A stretch of DNA of 34,185 bases from a virus (Duplodnaviria; Caudoviricetes): positions 1 to 34,185 of IMG/VR virus record IMGVR_UViG_3300028594_000083; one strand, 5' to 3'. This document shows, in pieces, positions 18,154-27,126 of this stretch (its first letter is position 1; the number at the start of each line of letters is the position of its first letter). The translations under genes and the position numbers were made by a program. The notes beneath the pieces are model-generated. The model worked only from the letters and a program-made list of their open reading frames with translations, had not been told where the DNA came from and did not search any database.

Positions 18154-19362
18154 TTACAAGCCATGTTTAAATAATTTCATTGTCGGTTTATTCTGTACCA
18201 TCTCAGACTCTAAAGCGTATCTGATTGCATCAAGAATATGGTTATTCTGGTCGACAGGCTTAGCAATAACATTACCGTCTTTATCTTCTTTGTATTTGTA
18301 TGTGGATAGCTCTTTAATTGTTTCTATACAAGAATTATCTACGATAATTTTATGCCCTTGTAGCCACTTGATTCCGTGTTCTATACTACCCGGTCCCTTC
18401 TTAGCTGCTAATGCTCTAATGTCATTACGCTTTAAGTCCTGTATACTTCTAGGTTCCGAACTATCACAGGTAATATATTCATTACCTATTCTATCGCGTA
18501 ACTCTTTAGCCACATCATCTATATACAATCCTCTGAGTGCAAACTCGTCAAAGATGTAAATTGTTTTATGTTTATTGTCTAAGTGGACTCTGACAAACGC
18601 TGTAGGATCGTCTGCAAAGCCGAAGTCAAGTCCATTAAATGTGTTGTCAAAGTATTGTTTATCCGCTGATAAGTCGGCTTTCTCCCAGTTAGAATAAATA
18701 ATATTTCCAATACTACCCCATTCACCTAATGCATAGATACGAAAATATTGATAATCTTGTTTTTCTAACTCTAAAAGTGTACTGATATATTTATCATCAA
18801 GAAATTTATTATCTTTGTATGTCGTTTTAAGTACGAAAGAATCAGGTCTTCCGATATCAAAGAATGAACGCTTCAGCCAGTGCGTTTCGCTGATTGGGTT
18901 AAATGTTGCAGTCATCTGATAACCGACTTTAGATTGTCCCCTTAAACGTAAGTCTAATTGGTTAAAGTCTGATTCAGATACTTCTGAGGCTTCTTCTATC
19001 CATATACGATTAATATTCGCAACAGACTTTAGTTTCTCCACATCGTCTAATCCTGATGTAATCAAACTAGAACCTGTAGCACATGTGATGGTCATTTCAG
19101 TTTTATTAACTTTAAAATACTGTTCTAAATTCGCATCACTAATCATCTGAGTGAGTAACCTAAACACTGAATTACGTATAGACTTACTTGTTTTACGGAC
19201 TACTAAATAAGAATAATGCGGACTAGATAGCATATTCAACAAGGTTTCTTGTGCCGTAAAGTGAGATTTACCAGAACCAGCACCACCATAAAGTATGCGA
19301 TAACGTGCTTTAGTTTTGTGAGCTTTCTTATATGCTGGATTGAGTTTAATCTTCATCATCAT
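18154..19362 (-). CDS. terL: Terminase large subunit, PBSX family
   Basis: YGGAGSGKS Walker A, WIEEA Walker B, GLDFGFADDP and NHILDAIRYA nuclease motifs. Confidence 0.97.
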   Translation of the reverse strand: MMMKIKLNPAYKKAHKTKARYRILYGGAGSGKSHFTAQETLLNMLSSPHYSYLVVRKTSKSIRNSVFRLLTQMISDANLEQYFKVNKTEMTITCATGSSLITSGLDDVEKLKSVANINRIWIEEASEVSESDFNQLDLRLRGQSKVGYQMTATFNPISETHWLKRSFFDIGRPDSFVLKTTYKDNKFLDDKYISTLLELEKQDYQYFRIYALGEWGSIGNIIYSNWEKADLSADKQYFDNTFNGLDFGFADDPTAFVRVHLDNKHKTIYIFDEFALRGLYIDDVAKELRDRIGNEYITCDSSEPRSIQDLKRNDIRALAAKKGPGSIEHGIKWLQGHKIIVDNSCIETIKELSTYKYKEDKDGNVIAKPVDQNNHILDAIRYALESEMVQNKPTMKLFKHGL

Positions 19363-19741
19363 CAGCCCAAACCACTTTAATTCCTAAACTACCATTAGAC
19401 TCAACTTCTTGTTTCTCCACAGGTTTGTGGCCTGCACGATCTAAGAAGTCTTTGGCAGCGGATAGACGGACGTTATCAGGAACATCCTTGTCATTCATAA
19501 GTTGGAACAAAACATCTCTTGCAATTTCAGCATCAAATGAAAATCGTTCTCTTAAATGTTTTTCCGCCCGCTTGCGTTCGATTTCTATAGACTCTTTAAT
19601 TCCACTATTATCCAATAGCTTGTAGCTGTTGGCTTTAGCGTACTTTTTGGAATATCCAGCTTTAATTGCTGACTGCATTGCATTACCAGTTATGATATAT
19701 TCATCCACAAATCTTCGTTGTCGTTCCGTTAATTTATCCAT
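19346..19741 (-). CDS. terS: Terminase small subunit
   Basis: LTERQRRFVDEYI..GNA.QSAIKAGYS motif. Confidence 0.95.
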   Translation of the reverse strand: MDKLTERQRRFVDEYIITGNAMQSAIKAGYSKKYAKANSYKLLDNSGIKESIEIERKRAEKHLRERFSFDAEIARDVLFQLMNDKDVPDNVRLSAAKDFLDRAGHKPVEKQEVESNGSLGIKVVWADDDED

Positions 19742-19837
19742 TTACCCACCACCTTTCATATTTACCTCAATACTGACGACGAACATGGAATATAATATAA
19801 GTATGAGTGAGTGCTCGTCCGTCAGTATTCAAGCAAC

Positions 19838-19865
19838 AAAAAAGACACCACACAAGGTGATGTCT
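19838..19865 (-). terminator. Intrinsic terminator in the late-operon leader
   Basis: AGACATCACCTTGTGTGGTGTCT followed by a T tract. Confidence 0.65.
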
Positions 19866-20000
19866 AAAATAATAAGTATTCCTAGTCTAAGTGAAGCATT
19901 TGCTGCCGAGCCGTTTACTTAGACTCTCCAAGTTGACCAACTGACTAAAAGATCCTCAAAATCCGCCAAAAGTAATCTACTTACATTATTTGATACTACA

Positions 20001-20046
20001 ATAATATCACTTATTGATATGACATTTTAGGACATTTAAGGACATG
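20001..20046 (-). promoter_or_regulatory. Late promoter with activator-binding direct repeats
   Basis: ATGTC repeated three times at 10-bp spacing at the 3' end of the activator gene, followed by extended -10-like TGATATTAT. Confidence 0.6.
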
Positions 20047-20445
20047 TTTATCGAACTCTTGCAGTGCGCTCCCATGTAATCTTGTAACTTGTCTAATGTC
20101 ATAGTTCATCTTCACGGCGATTTCTTCAAAGTTTTTTAAGTCAATATAACGCAATCTGAGTAATATTCTGTACTCAGGTTTGTCTAAGTGGTCTATTTGA
20201 TTTGAGACTTTCATTTTTAAGTCAATTAGATCATCGATTTTACGGTTGATTTCTTCTGATACTTCAATAAACTTCATGTACTTATCATCAAAGTTAGTAG
20301 CACCTGACTCTTGCACCTTATCCTCTTTGAATGAAGAAGTTTTTAGCATGACAGACTGCCTAAGTCGATTACGTTCTTCCACACGTGATTCTATTTCTTG
20401 GTTCGTAAATTTGATTTGATTCAAATACTCCTTTGGGTCAAGCAC
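20011..20445 (-). CDS. RinA/ArpU-like late transcriptional activator
   Basis: KEYLNQ start, LRLRYI...FEEIAVKMNYDIRQVTRLHGSAL sigma-4-like HTH; upstream of terS; GTG start inferred from AGGAG. Confidence 0.87.
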   Translation of the reverse strand: MLDPKEYLNQIKFTNQEIESRVEERNRLRQSVMLKTSSFKEDKVQESGATNFDDKYMKFIEVSEEINRKIDDLIDLKMKVSNQIDHLDKPEYRILLRLRYIDLKNFEEIAVKMNYDIRQVTRLHGSALQEFDKHVLKCPKMSYQ

Positions 20446-20469
20446 TATATCACTCCTTGTTAGCATGCC

Positions 20470-20826
20470 CTAATATTTCTTTTCATCATTGTCACGTTCT
20501 TTCATAAAATCTATAGGTTTTCTTGTTTTTGGGTTGGTAACATAACGGTGTTCATTGCTTAATAATTTTTGATTTTCATAAGGGCTGAAGTTTTTTTGTT
20601 TGACTTTCATATATTCATTGGCTCTATCACTCCAGTATTCATATGGCTTACTATTCATTTCGTCAAGTTCAGCCATGAACTGTACAGCTCTCATTCTTTT
20701 CCACTCATTGAAATCATCTTCTATTTTCTTCATTTCTTTTTCGTGTTGTGAGTCTATTCTATTCATTATTAGTACTCCGATTAACATTCCAATTAGAAAA
20801 ACTGTTAATAGTAAACTGAAGTTCAT
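20470..20826 (-). CDS. Hypothetical protein with N-terminal TM helix
   Basis: 118-aa ORF with RBS. Confidence 0.7.
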   Translation of the reverse strand: MNFSLLLTVFLIGMLIGVLIMNRIDSQHEKEMKKIEDDFNEWKRMRAVQFMAELDEMNSKPYEYWSDRANEYMKVKQKNFSPYENQKLLSNEHRYVTNPKTRKPIDFMKERDNDEKKY

Positions 20827-20906
20827 TTATCCTTCCTCCCTAATATTTCTCTCACTTTATCAACAATCGTCTTATCTCCAGATGTCTGTTCCGTCGAACC
20901 ATTCAC
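20823..20906 (-). CDS. 27-aa peptide MNGSTEQTSGDKTIVDKVREILGRKDK
   Basis: GTG overlaps the dut stop, GAGGTG RBS, ATGA coupling to the next gene. Confidence 0.5.
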   Translation of the reverse strand: MNGSTEQTSGDKTIVDKVREILGRKDK

Positions 20907-21346
20907 TACCGATGCACCTCGTCCGTACTACCAAAACCTTTAGAACCCCTAGCACTTTGAGTATCAAATTGGTCAACGATTTCTAGTTTTGGTGTTACTA
21001 TTGGTGAGATAACTAACTGAGCTATCTTTTCGCCTTTTTCGACTCTATAAAAGATATCACTGCCGTAACAATCACAAGTGATTTGTAACTCTCCTTGGAA
21101 TCGACTGTCGATTGTTCCAATATTGACTCTCAATGCAGTATTTGCAGTCTTACCAGATCGTGGTCTGATTGTCGCTTCATAACCTGGTGGGATATCTACT
21201 GCAATGCCTGTAGGTACCTTTCTTGTCATATCCTTATATATCATCACTGTTTCACTTGCATATAGGTCTAATCCCGCATCGTGTTCATGTGCCCTTGTCG
21301 GCAATGTGGCTGATTTTGATAGTCGTTTGATTTGTAGTGATTTCAT
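20906..21346 (-). CDS. dut: Trimeric dUTPase
   Basis: Motifs AGLDL, RPRSG, GTIDSRFQGE, IAQLV and RGSKGFGST. Confidence 0.97.
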   Translation of the reverse strand: MKSLQIKRLSKSATLPTRAHEHDAGLDLYASETVMIYKDMTRKVPTGIAVDIPPGYEATIRPRSGKTANTALRVNIGTIDSRFQGELQITCDCYGSDIFYRVEKGEKIAQLVISPIVTPKLEIVDQFDTQSARGSKGFGSTDEVHR

Positions 21347-21534
21347 TGTTTGTCCTCCGATACCTTTATTAAATGTTCTCCTAATTCTTTTGCATTCTGT
21401 TTATCTAAAACTATTACGGTTTTATCGTCGTTATCTTGTTCATATTCAACAATCCAAACAGTGCCTTTATCATCTACTGAACAAATCAACATGTTATTAA
21501 AATATTTTGTGTTCCCTTTGAATATGTCCTTCAT
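21343..21534 (-). CDS. Hypothetical protein
   Basis: Likely start MKDIFKG; ATGA couplings on both sides. Confidence 0.65.
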   Translation of the reverse strand: MKDIFKGNTKYFNNMLICSVDDKGTVWIVEYEQDNDDKTVIVLDKQNAKELGEHLIKVSEDKQ

Positions 21535-21647
21535 TTCCTTCTCCTCCACCATTTAATAATTGCGTAAACTGCTATACCAAGTAACGTAACTGCCGAGCCA
21601 ATGAATAAGCTAAACAGTATGATGAGTTCGTAAGCTAGTACACTCAT
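21531..21647 (-). CDS. 38-aa single-TM peptide MSVLAYELIILFSLFIGSAVTLLGIAVYAIIKWWRRRK
   Basis: Fills the gap exactly, with ATGA overlaps at both ends. Confidence 0.7.
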   Translation of the reverse strand: MSVLAYELIILFSLFIGSAVTLLGIAVYAIIKWWRRRK

Positions 21648-22036
21648 TCTTCATCACGCTCCCACACTGTTTGTACATGATCAAAATCATCTAAATATAT
21701 TATTTTCTTTAATACATGTGTCACATCTAAAGGGTAGTTTTTAATGTCTTTTACACTGCAGTAATTCATACCAAACGAGTCTAATACGCCATCTCTAGTG
21801 TAAATACCTAATAAGCTATAAAATTCCGTATCTTCCGTAATCGGTTCTTCGATTTCGACTGTGAATAGGTCGTTTCTATGAATTATGTTAGTAGTGCTTA
21901 CGTCTCCATGCTCATTAATTCTTACAATTGCTGAGTAATTACTTTTAAAAGTCGTATTTGTTATCCCGTTATCCCACACATACTTAATCAACTCATCAAG
22001 TCGCATTTGTTTATTCGTCTTAATCGTCTTTAACAT
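21644..22036 (-). CDS. Conserved phage hypothetical protein
   Basis: KQMRLDELIKYVWDN...FTVEIEEPITEDT pattern seen in staphylococcal phage early regions. Confidence 0.75.
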   Translation of the reverse strand: MLKTIKTNKQMRLDELIKYVWDNGITNTTFKSNYSAIVRINEHGDVSTTNIIHRNDLFTVEIEEPITEDTEFYSLLGIYTRDGVLDSFGMNYCSVKDIKNYPLDVTHVLKKIIYLDDFDHVQTVWERDEE

Positions 22037-22050
22037 TTACTTGTCCTCCT

Positions 22051-22389
22051 TTACTCTAAATAATCGTCATAAATTATTATTTTTGGAACAGTTAAAAACC
22101 TGTTGTCTTGAATTACAATATCTCCATATTTCTTTATAAATTCATGTAATTCTTCAAGATTATTTATTTCTATGAACCAACCTTCTCTTGTAATGGTTCT
22201 CTGTATCTCCCCATCTTCGTTAATGCAGTGGTCATATCCTATATCTTTAAAATTATCTCTGAACTTTCTATCATATTCTTCAAAAGATGGTAATGTTCTA
22301 ACATCGATATGAGCATATTCTCCAGCAAACGCTTCCTCAACTGGGCATAAATCACTCCACATACTCGCTCTTTCTACTTTATATTTCAT
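22051..22389 (-). CDS. Hypothetical protein
   Basis: 112-aa ORF within the operon. Confidence 0.75.
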   Translation of the reverse strand: MKYKVERASMWSDLCPVEEAFAGEYAHIDVRTLPSFEEYDRKFRDNFKDIGYDHCINEDGEIQRTITREGWFIEINNLEELHEFIKKYGDIVIQDNRFLTVPKIIIYDDYLE

Positions 22390-22677
22390 TCACTTATCCT
22401 CCTCAGGCACATTCTCTTTAATCTCTTGTTTCAGTTCTTCGCTAATACTCTCATCACTCATAATTCTGTACTCTAAATACTCAATTTGTTCTGTTTTACG
22501 TGAGTAATCTTGTTGTAAGTCGTTATAACCTTCATGTAACGTGTCATAGGCTTCTTGTAGGGCTTCATAGTCATCTAATAGGACTTCGTACCTCGCATCG
22601 TCTGTATGGCTCTGTACAGCCGTTAAAATGAACCCTATGAGTATTGCGACGATGACTGTTCTGATGATTAGGTTCAT
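22390..22677 (-). CDS. Hypothetical protein (signal/TM segment plus coiled coil)
   Basis: 95-aa ORF. Confidence 0.7.
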   Translation of the reverse strand: MNLIIRTVIVAILIGFILTAVQSHTDDARYEVLLDDYEALQEAYDTLHEGYNDLQQDYSRKTEQIEYLEYRIMSDESISEELKQEIKENVPEEDK

Positions 22678-23099
22678 GCTCTATCACCATTACGTGAATT
22701 AAGCCAAACATTCACGAGTTTTCCATTTCTATCATAAGCATGAACGTATTCTCCAAAGCCATTCTTAAACTTTCTTTCGATTCTCCCGCTGTTATTTATG
22801 ACCTCTCTTATATGTTCGCTTTCATCTACATTTTCAAAGATTTCTGGTTCTTCTGATTCTGTTTCAATCTCATTTATCCATTTCTTAAATCGTTCGTTAG
22901 ATTCTTCTAATCGTTCGATTTCTCTTAAGGTAATAAACATATTCGAAAGTTTTTTATTTTCTTCTCTTTTTATCTCTAGCAACCACTCGTAAGTGGGTTT
23001 TGATTTTTTCTCTTCTCTACGTTTAAAAAAGAGAATTAAGAATTGACTTAAAGAAGCCCCTATTGCTGAACCTGTAAACAAAAATATAATTTCTGTCAT
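22674..23099 (-). CDS. Hypothetical protein with N-terminal TM segment
   Basis: 141-aa ORF, ATGA coupling. Confidence 0.7.
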   Translation of the reverse strand: MTEIIFLFTGSAIGASLSQFLILFFKRREEKKSKPTYEWLLEIKREENKKLSNMFITLREIERLEESNERFKKWINEIETESEEPEIFENVDESEHIREVINNSGRIERKFKNGFGEYVHAYDRNGKLVNVWLNSRNGDRA

Positions 23100-23341
23100 G
23101 TACTCATCCTTTCTTTCGGTATCACTTCAATAAGTCCACGATCTGCGATGAATTGTTTATAATCTTCTGTGGTTAAATAAAACAACTGTTCACCTTTCAG
23201 ATAAATGGATACGGGTACAAGTCTGTAACCTTGTTCAGTTGGTATAGCAGTGTATAAATAATTGTCGTTTTCGTTATACAAACGCTTGCGGTATTTAAAA
23301 CCGAGTTTCTTATCTGTAAACAGTTCGAGTTGTTGCATCAT
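23096..23341 (-). CDS. Hypothetical protein
   Basis: 81-aa ORF with QLELF motif. Confidence 0.7.
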   Translation of the reverse strand: MMQQLELFTDKKLGFKYRKRLYNENDNYLYTAIPTEQGYRLVPVSIYLKGEQLFYLTTEDYKQFIADRGLIEVIPKERMST

Positions 23342-23550
23342 AGCAAGTCCTCCAAAGTCACTTGTTCACCAGCTAATGAATTAAGCCGCATATTGTCCTT
23401 GTATTCTTCAAAATCTTCTAAAGGTATAAACGCATTAGGATGGTATTGATTCTCGTTGTAGACCACCTTATAGCCGTTCTTAGCCTTATCAAAAGTAGCT
23501 GTACCGATTGGTTCGATTTCATCTCTATACAAATTCAATACTTTAGCCAT
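23338..23550 (-). CDS. Hypothetical protein
   Basis: TAATG coupling; C-terminal EQVTLEDLL. Confidence 0.7.
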   Translation of the reverse strand: MAKVLNLYRDEIEPIGTATFDKAKNGYKVVYNENQYHPNAFIPLEDFEEYKDNMRLNSLAGEQVTLEDLL

Positions 23551-23756
23551 TACGCCCTCCACTTCTTAAACATGCTATTGAACAATCCTTTGTGATAGTC
23601 GTTCATTTTCCAATTAGTTGTTTCTAGTGGTTTATCCACTGCGACAGATATTCTTTTATTCTTCTTAGGTTCTTTCTTCATGTCATTTATAGCTTCTAAA
23701 ACTGGTGCAAATTTTGCATTATGTGTCCTCTTTACTATCACGGTCTCACCTTCCAT
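23550..23756 (-). CDS. Hypothetical basic protein
   Basis: 68-aa ORF. Confidence 0.6.
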   Translation of the reverse strand: MEGETVIVKRTHNAKFAPVLEAINDMKKEPKKNKRISVAVDKPLETTNWKMNDYHKGLFNSMFKKWRA

Positions 23757-23761
23757 TCTGA

Positions 23762-24097
23762 TTAGTCATAATACTTCGCGCCATTCTCAATAATATCTAC
23801 AGCGTCATCAGCTGATCTTGCGACACCGTAAATCACTGGTTGATTGATAATAAAGTCTTTAAATGCGACTTGATCTTCAGACAGTCGCCCTGCTTTATTC
23901 TTTACTTCAATGACAATAAATTGCCCTGTATCTCTATGAAATCCCACTGTATCTGGAAATCCTTTCGGGAATAACTTTATCCACGAGCCTGTCCGTTCAT
24001 CTTTAATTGTGCCTGCATTACTTCTGTACAGTCGATGTCCGCGTTGATTTATCGCAAGTAAGATTTCTGCTTGGATTCTAGATTCTGATTTAGTCAT
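23762..24097 (-). CDS. VRR-NUC domain nuclease
   Basis: ESRIQ, GFPD, IEVK..AGRLSEDQ PD-(D/E)XK motifs. Confidence 0.92.
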   Translation of the reverse strand: MTKSESRIQAEILLAINQRGHRLYRSNAGTIKDERTGSWIKLFPKGFPDTVGFHRDTGQFIVIEVKNKAGRLSEDQVAFKDFIINQPVIYGVARSADDAVDIIENGAKYYD

Positions 24098-24437
24098 GAT
24101 TAAGTCTCTCACTTAACAAATTAAAAACTGCATAACTAAAAGAACCTAAATCATTTTCTTTTTGGTAATCAGTAACCTTATTCACTAATTCTTGTGGTAT
24201 AGATATTGATTTTGTTACTTTATCCTTCCGTTTAAATATCTGATTTTCATGTTTGATATATCCTGACCACACAGAATCTATGTCATTTTCCAGACCAAGT
24301 AATTCTAAATTCTTTTTAACATCAGATTTTTCTTTCGTTCTAAAACTTTCATTATTTTTAACTGCATTGGCTACATCACCCCAGTTTGTATTATCATTTT
24401 CGTAAAACTGTATCCAATCACTAAAAGTGTGCAACAT
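24090..24437 (-). CDS. YozE SAM-like domain fused to a ribbon-helix-helix-like domain
   Basis: TFSDWI...WGDVANAV...F resembles YozE; KSISIPQELVNKVTDY...SFSYAVFNLL resembles CopG/RHH. Confidence 0.55.
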   Translation of the reverse strand: MLHTFSDWIQFYENDNTNWGDVANAVKNNESFRTKEKSDVKKNLELLGLENDIDSVWSGYIKHENQIFKRKDKVTKSISIPQELVNKVTDYQKENDLGSFSYAVFNLLSERLNHD

Positions 24438-24463
24438 ATTTTATACCTCCATCATTTTTGAAA

Positions 24464-24745
24464 GGTGTAGGGTAAACATACAAATGGTGTAGGGTCGTCC
24501 ACATGCTGTATCCTTTGTCGTAGTAAGGTTTCAAGGCTTATTTTTGACTATGGTGTAGGGAAGCCAAAATACATTCTTTTCTATAGGATATCTATATTAT
24601 TATTATGGTTATTCCTATTACGCACTCTTTATAAAGGAACCCTACACCAATATATATAAAAGTATGTTAAACCCTTGATATACCAACGTTTATAAGGGGT
24701 CAAAACTCCAAATCGTCCCTACACCCCGACCCTACACCCTACACC
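24464..24745. repeat. Iteron-type replication origin
   Basis: GGTGTAGGG at 24464, 24486 and 24552; inverted CCCTACACC at 24640, 24717, 24730 and 24737; AT-rich centre; directly downstream of the primase-helicase gene. Confidence 0.85.
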
Positions 24746-24750
24746 TTTTT

Positions 24751-27075
24751 TTACATCAGATTATTTAATCCTGGGTAAGTATTTTTTAAACGAAGTCCGT
24801 AATATCGAACACCTGTTTTTGTCCTTTTTGAGTTAAATTTTTCTTTCATCTTGATACCAAATTTTTTCATGGACATTTTATATTCACCTGTTTCATCTGC
24901 CCAATTGGTATAAGAACGATATAATTCTTTAGACATTTCAAATTCTTCTTCGCTAACTCTGTCGCACTGATCCCTAACAAAACCTTCTATTACATCCATT
25001 TCATTTCTATAATTGATACCAGCTACTTTAATTTTTTCGGGCTGCTCCATGCCTTCCTTCATCCACAAGTAAGTTCCTTGTACCATCCAGTCGAGTATTG
25101 CGGGCGCTTCTCTCAATAATTTATATTTCAAGTTCTTATCTACTTTTTCATCAGGAATTTGTACATCGAAGGGAATTAATACCAATCTGCGCCAAATACC
25201 ATCGTCTGTACCAGCGATTAAAGGTTTGTGGTTGGTTGACACCCAAATTTTAAATTTAGGTGTGTACTCAAATTCATTTCCGTATAAAAATCGAGCAGTT
25301 ACCTTGTCACCACCTGTAAGCTGCTTGATTAAGCCTTCATCGAACCTAAAACCTTCGTTAGGCTCTGAACTAGAGACGAACCTAGCACCTTCGAGTCGTG
25401 CGATGTCTGTATTGACGCCACCATGTTTTTTCACCATAAGAGAATCAGCTTGCATAGTTTTCGAATAATCACCGAGTATTTCTGAAATGGTTTCAACAAA
25501 AATACTTTTACCGTTGCGCCCTTTACCATGAAGAATGAACATTACCTGTTCTCTTGTTGAACCTGTAAGAGAATAACCGAGCGCTTTTTGTAAATACCGA
25601 ATGACATCTTTATCGCCGTCGAATATGTCATTTAGGAATTCCAGCCATATTGTCGGTTGCATCGTTTCTGTATAATCGATATAGCTTTGCAAACTAAAGT
25701 TCTTTGATATATCATGCGGATGTAATTTTTGACTCGGTAAATCGAGATAACCGTTCGCGACGTTGAGTAACATATCATCTTTATCGAATTCGCCTGGCGC
25801 TATCGGTCTACGGTGTTTAATTTCATCAGTTATATTTTTTTTAGATGTTGTACCTCTCGATTTCTTAATAAATTTTAAAAAGTCTTTTTTAAATTCTTCA
25901 GGGTCCTCACCTGTAGGAACTGTAATTTTTTCTTGTTTCATAGAATTAATCATTTCATCGATTAAACGGCGTATCATACCACTATCATCAACAGCCCACT
26001 TAGAACCGTCATAGACGTAGAACTGCTTATTTGTGTAGCTGTATTTATAACTTTCGCCATATCTATCCACAAAGCGATCAGCATTTCCTGTGTCATCCCA
26101 AGATTGCGGCGGGTATTCTTTTTTTCTTTCTTTCTTATCTGTTCCGAAAGCTTCGCCGAACACATATTTAAGTGGTTCTGATTTATTACTTGGTGTATAA
26201 ATATTCGCTACTTCATTAATTGCTTTATATAATGTTTGCTCACCGTAAGTAGAGTCACCACGTTTGGAATCCCATTTTTCTCTGTAAAGATTACTTTGCC
26301 TAAAAATACTGTCCATCTGGTCAAAGTCTTTCGCACACCAGAAAGCAAGTAAGTTAGCAAATGCCATATCCGCATCAGACTGCGATGTATAATGTCCTTC
26401 CCAACTGCCGTGCATCAGCGTATTAAACAACCCTGCTTGCTTAGAATTCTTAATGTGGGCGATTACTTCACTTTCAGACAAATCGTGCTGTACACCCTCA
26501 GAAAAGCGACTATAATAGCGTGTATTTGTTGGTGAGTTAAGATACTTGTTATAGATGCGTTCTATGGTGTGATTACTTGTTTGAGTGACTTCTGTGTACT
26601 TTCCTAGATTGTGACCTGTCATAGTGAAGAATCGACCGCTTTCGTATATCTCTACGCCCCCTTTTCTTCGTCTTTCACCTGGCAAACTGCCTTTAGTAAT
26701 AATGTGAATTCCTGTTCCTGATGGACTGATTTCCGCGTAACTTTTAAATGCTTCATGGAATTCAGAAACAATATTGTCCGAGTGATCACCGTTCTTGAAC
26801 CTGTGGATGTCATCTTCTACATTATCCAAATCAATTCCGATATAAGGTGTTTCAAAGAAAAAACCAATACCGTCTACTTTCTGTGCTTTATAGACTGCTA
26901 CAGCGCTGTTAAAGTCTGTCCAGGTAGATTTATCATTAGACTTGGCTTTTTCGCCCGTAACTGCATTAAAAGGCACTTTAGTGATTCTTCCATTCACTTC
27001 GGTGTACTTCCAAACACACCAGTTTCTCAGTTGCGTTAATTCTTTTGGGAATGCAGTTGCAATGTCGTAAATCAT
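24751..27075 (-). CDS. Primase-helicase, P4/D5 family (NrS-1-like primase-polymerase N-terminus plus SF3 helicase)
   Basis: GIDLD, EISPSGTGIHI, EIYESGRFFTMTG, SQSDADMA, GKGRNGKS and KQLTGGD motifs. Confidence 0.95.
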   Translation of the reverse strand: MIYDIATAFPKELTQLRNWCVWKYTEVNGRITKVPFNAVTGEKAKSNDKSTWTDFNSAVAVYKAQKVDGIGFFFETPYIGIDLDNVEDDIHRFKNGDHSDNIVSEFHEAFKSYAEISPSGTGIHIITKGSLPGERRRKGGVEIYESGRFFTMTGHNLGKYTEVTQTSNHTIERIYNKYLNSPTNTRYYSRFSEGVQHDLSESEVIAHIKNSKQAGLFNTLMHGSWEGHYTSQSDADMAFANLLAFWCAKDFDQMDSIFRQSNLYREKWDSKRGDSTYGEQTLYKAINEVANIYTPSNKSEPLKYVFGEAFGTDKKERKKEYPPQSWDDTGNADRFVDRYGESYKYSYTNKQFYVYDGSKWAVDDSGMIRRLIDEMINSMKQEKITVPTGEDPEEFKKDFLKFIKKSRGTTSKKNITDEIKHRRPIAPGEFDKDDMLLNVANGYLDLPSQKLHPHDISKNFSLQSYIDYTETMQPTIWLEFLNDIFDGDKDVIRYLQKALGYSLTGSTREQVMFILHGKGRNGKSIFVETISEILGDYSKTMQADSLMVKKHGGVNTDIARLEGARFVSSSEPNEGFRFDEGLIKQLTGGDKVTARFLYGNEFEYTPKFKIWVSTNHKPLIAGTDDGIWRRLVLIPFDVQIPDEKVDKNLKYKLLREAPAILDWMVQGTYLWMKEGMEQPEKIKVAGINYRNEMDVIEGFVRDQCDRVSEEEFEMSKELYRSYTNWADETGEYKMSMKKFGIKMKEKFNSKRTKTGVRYYGLRLKNTYPGLNNLM

Positions 27076-27094
27076 TGTGTACCTCCTTACTTAG

Positions 27095-27120
27095 AATGAA
27101 AGGCGGTATAAAACCGCCTA
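27095..27120 (-). terminator. Terminator-like hairpin
   Basis: AGGCGGT-loop-ACCGCCT between the SSB-like gene and the primase gene. Confidence 0.6.
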
Positions 27121-27126
27121 TTGTTG

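Noticed and set aside
20906-21346. dUTPase as a SaPI-inducing variant
   Set aside because: At 146 aa it shows no obvious phage-specific insertion; nothing in the sequence supports a moonlighting role.
24464-24745. Possible CRISPR-like mini-array
   Set aside because: Repeats are only 9 bp, irregularly spaced and in both orientations, which fits iterons.
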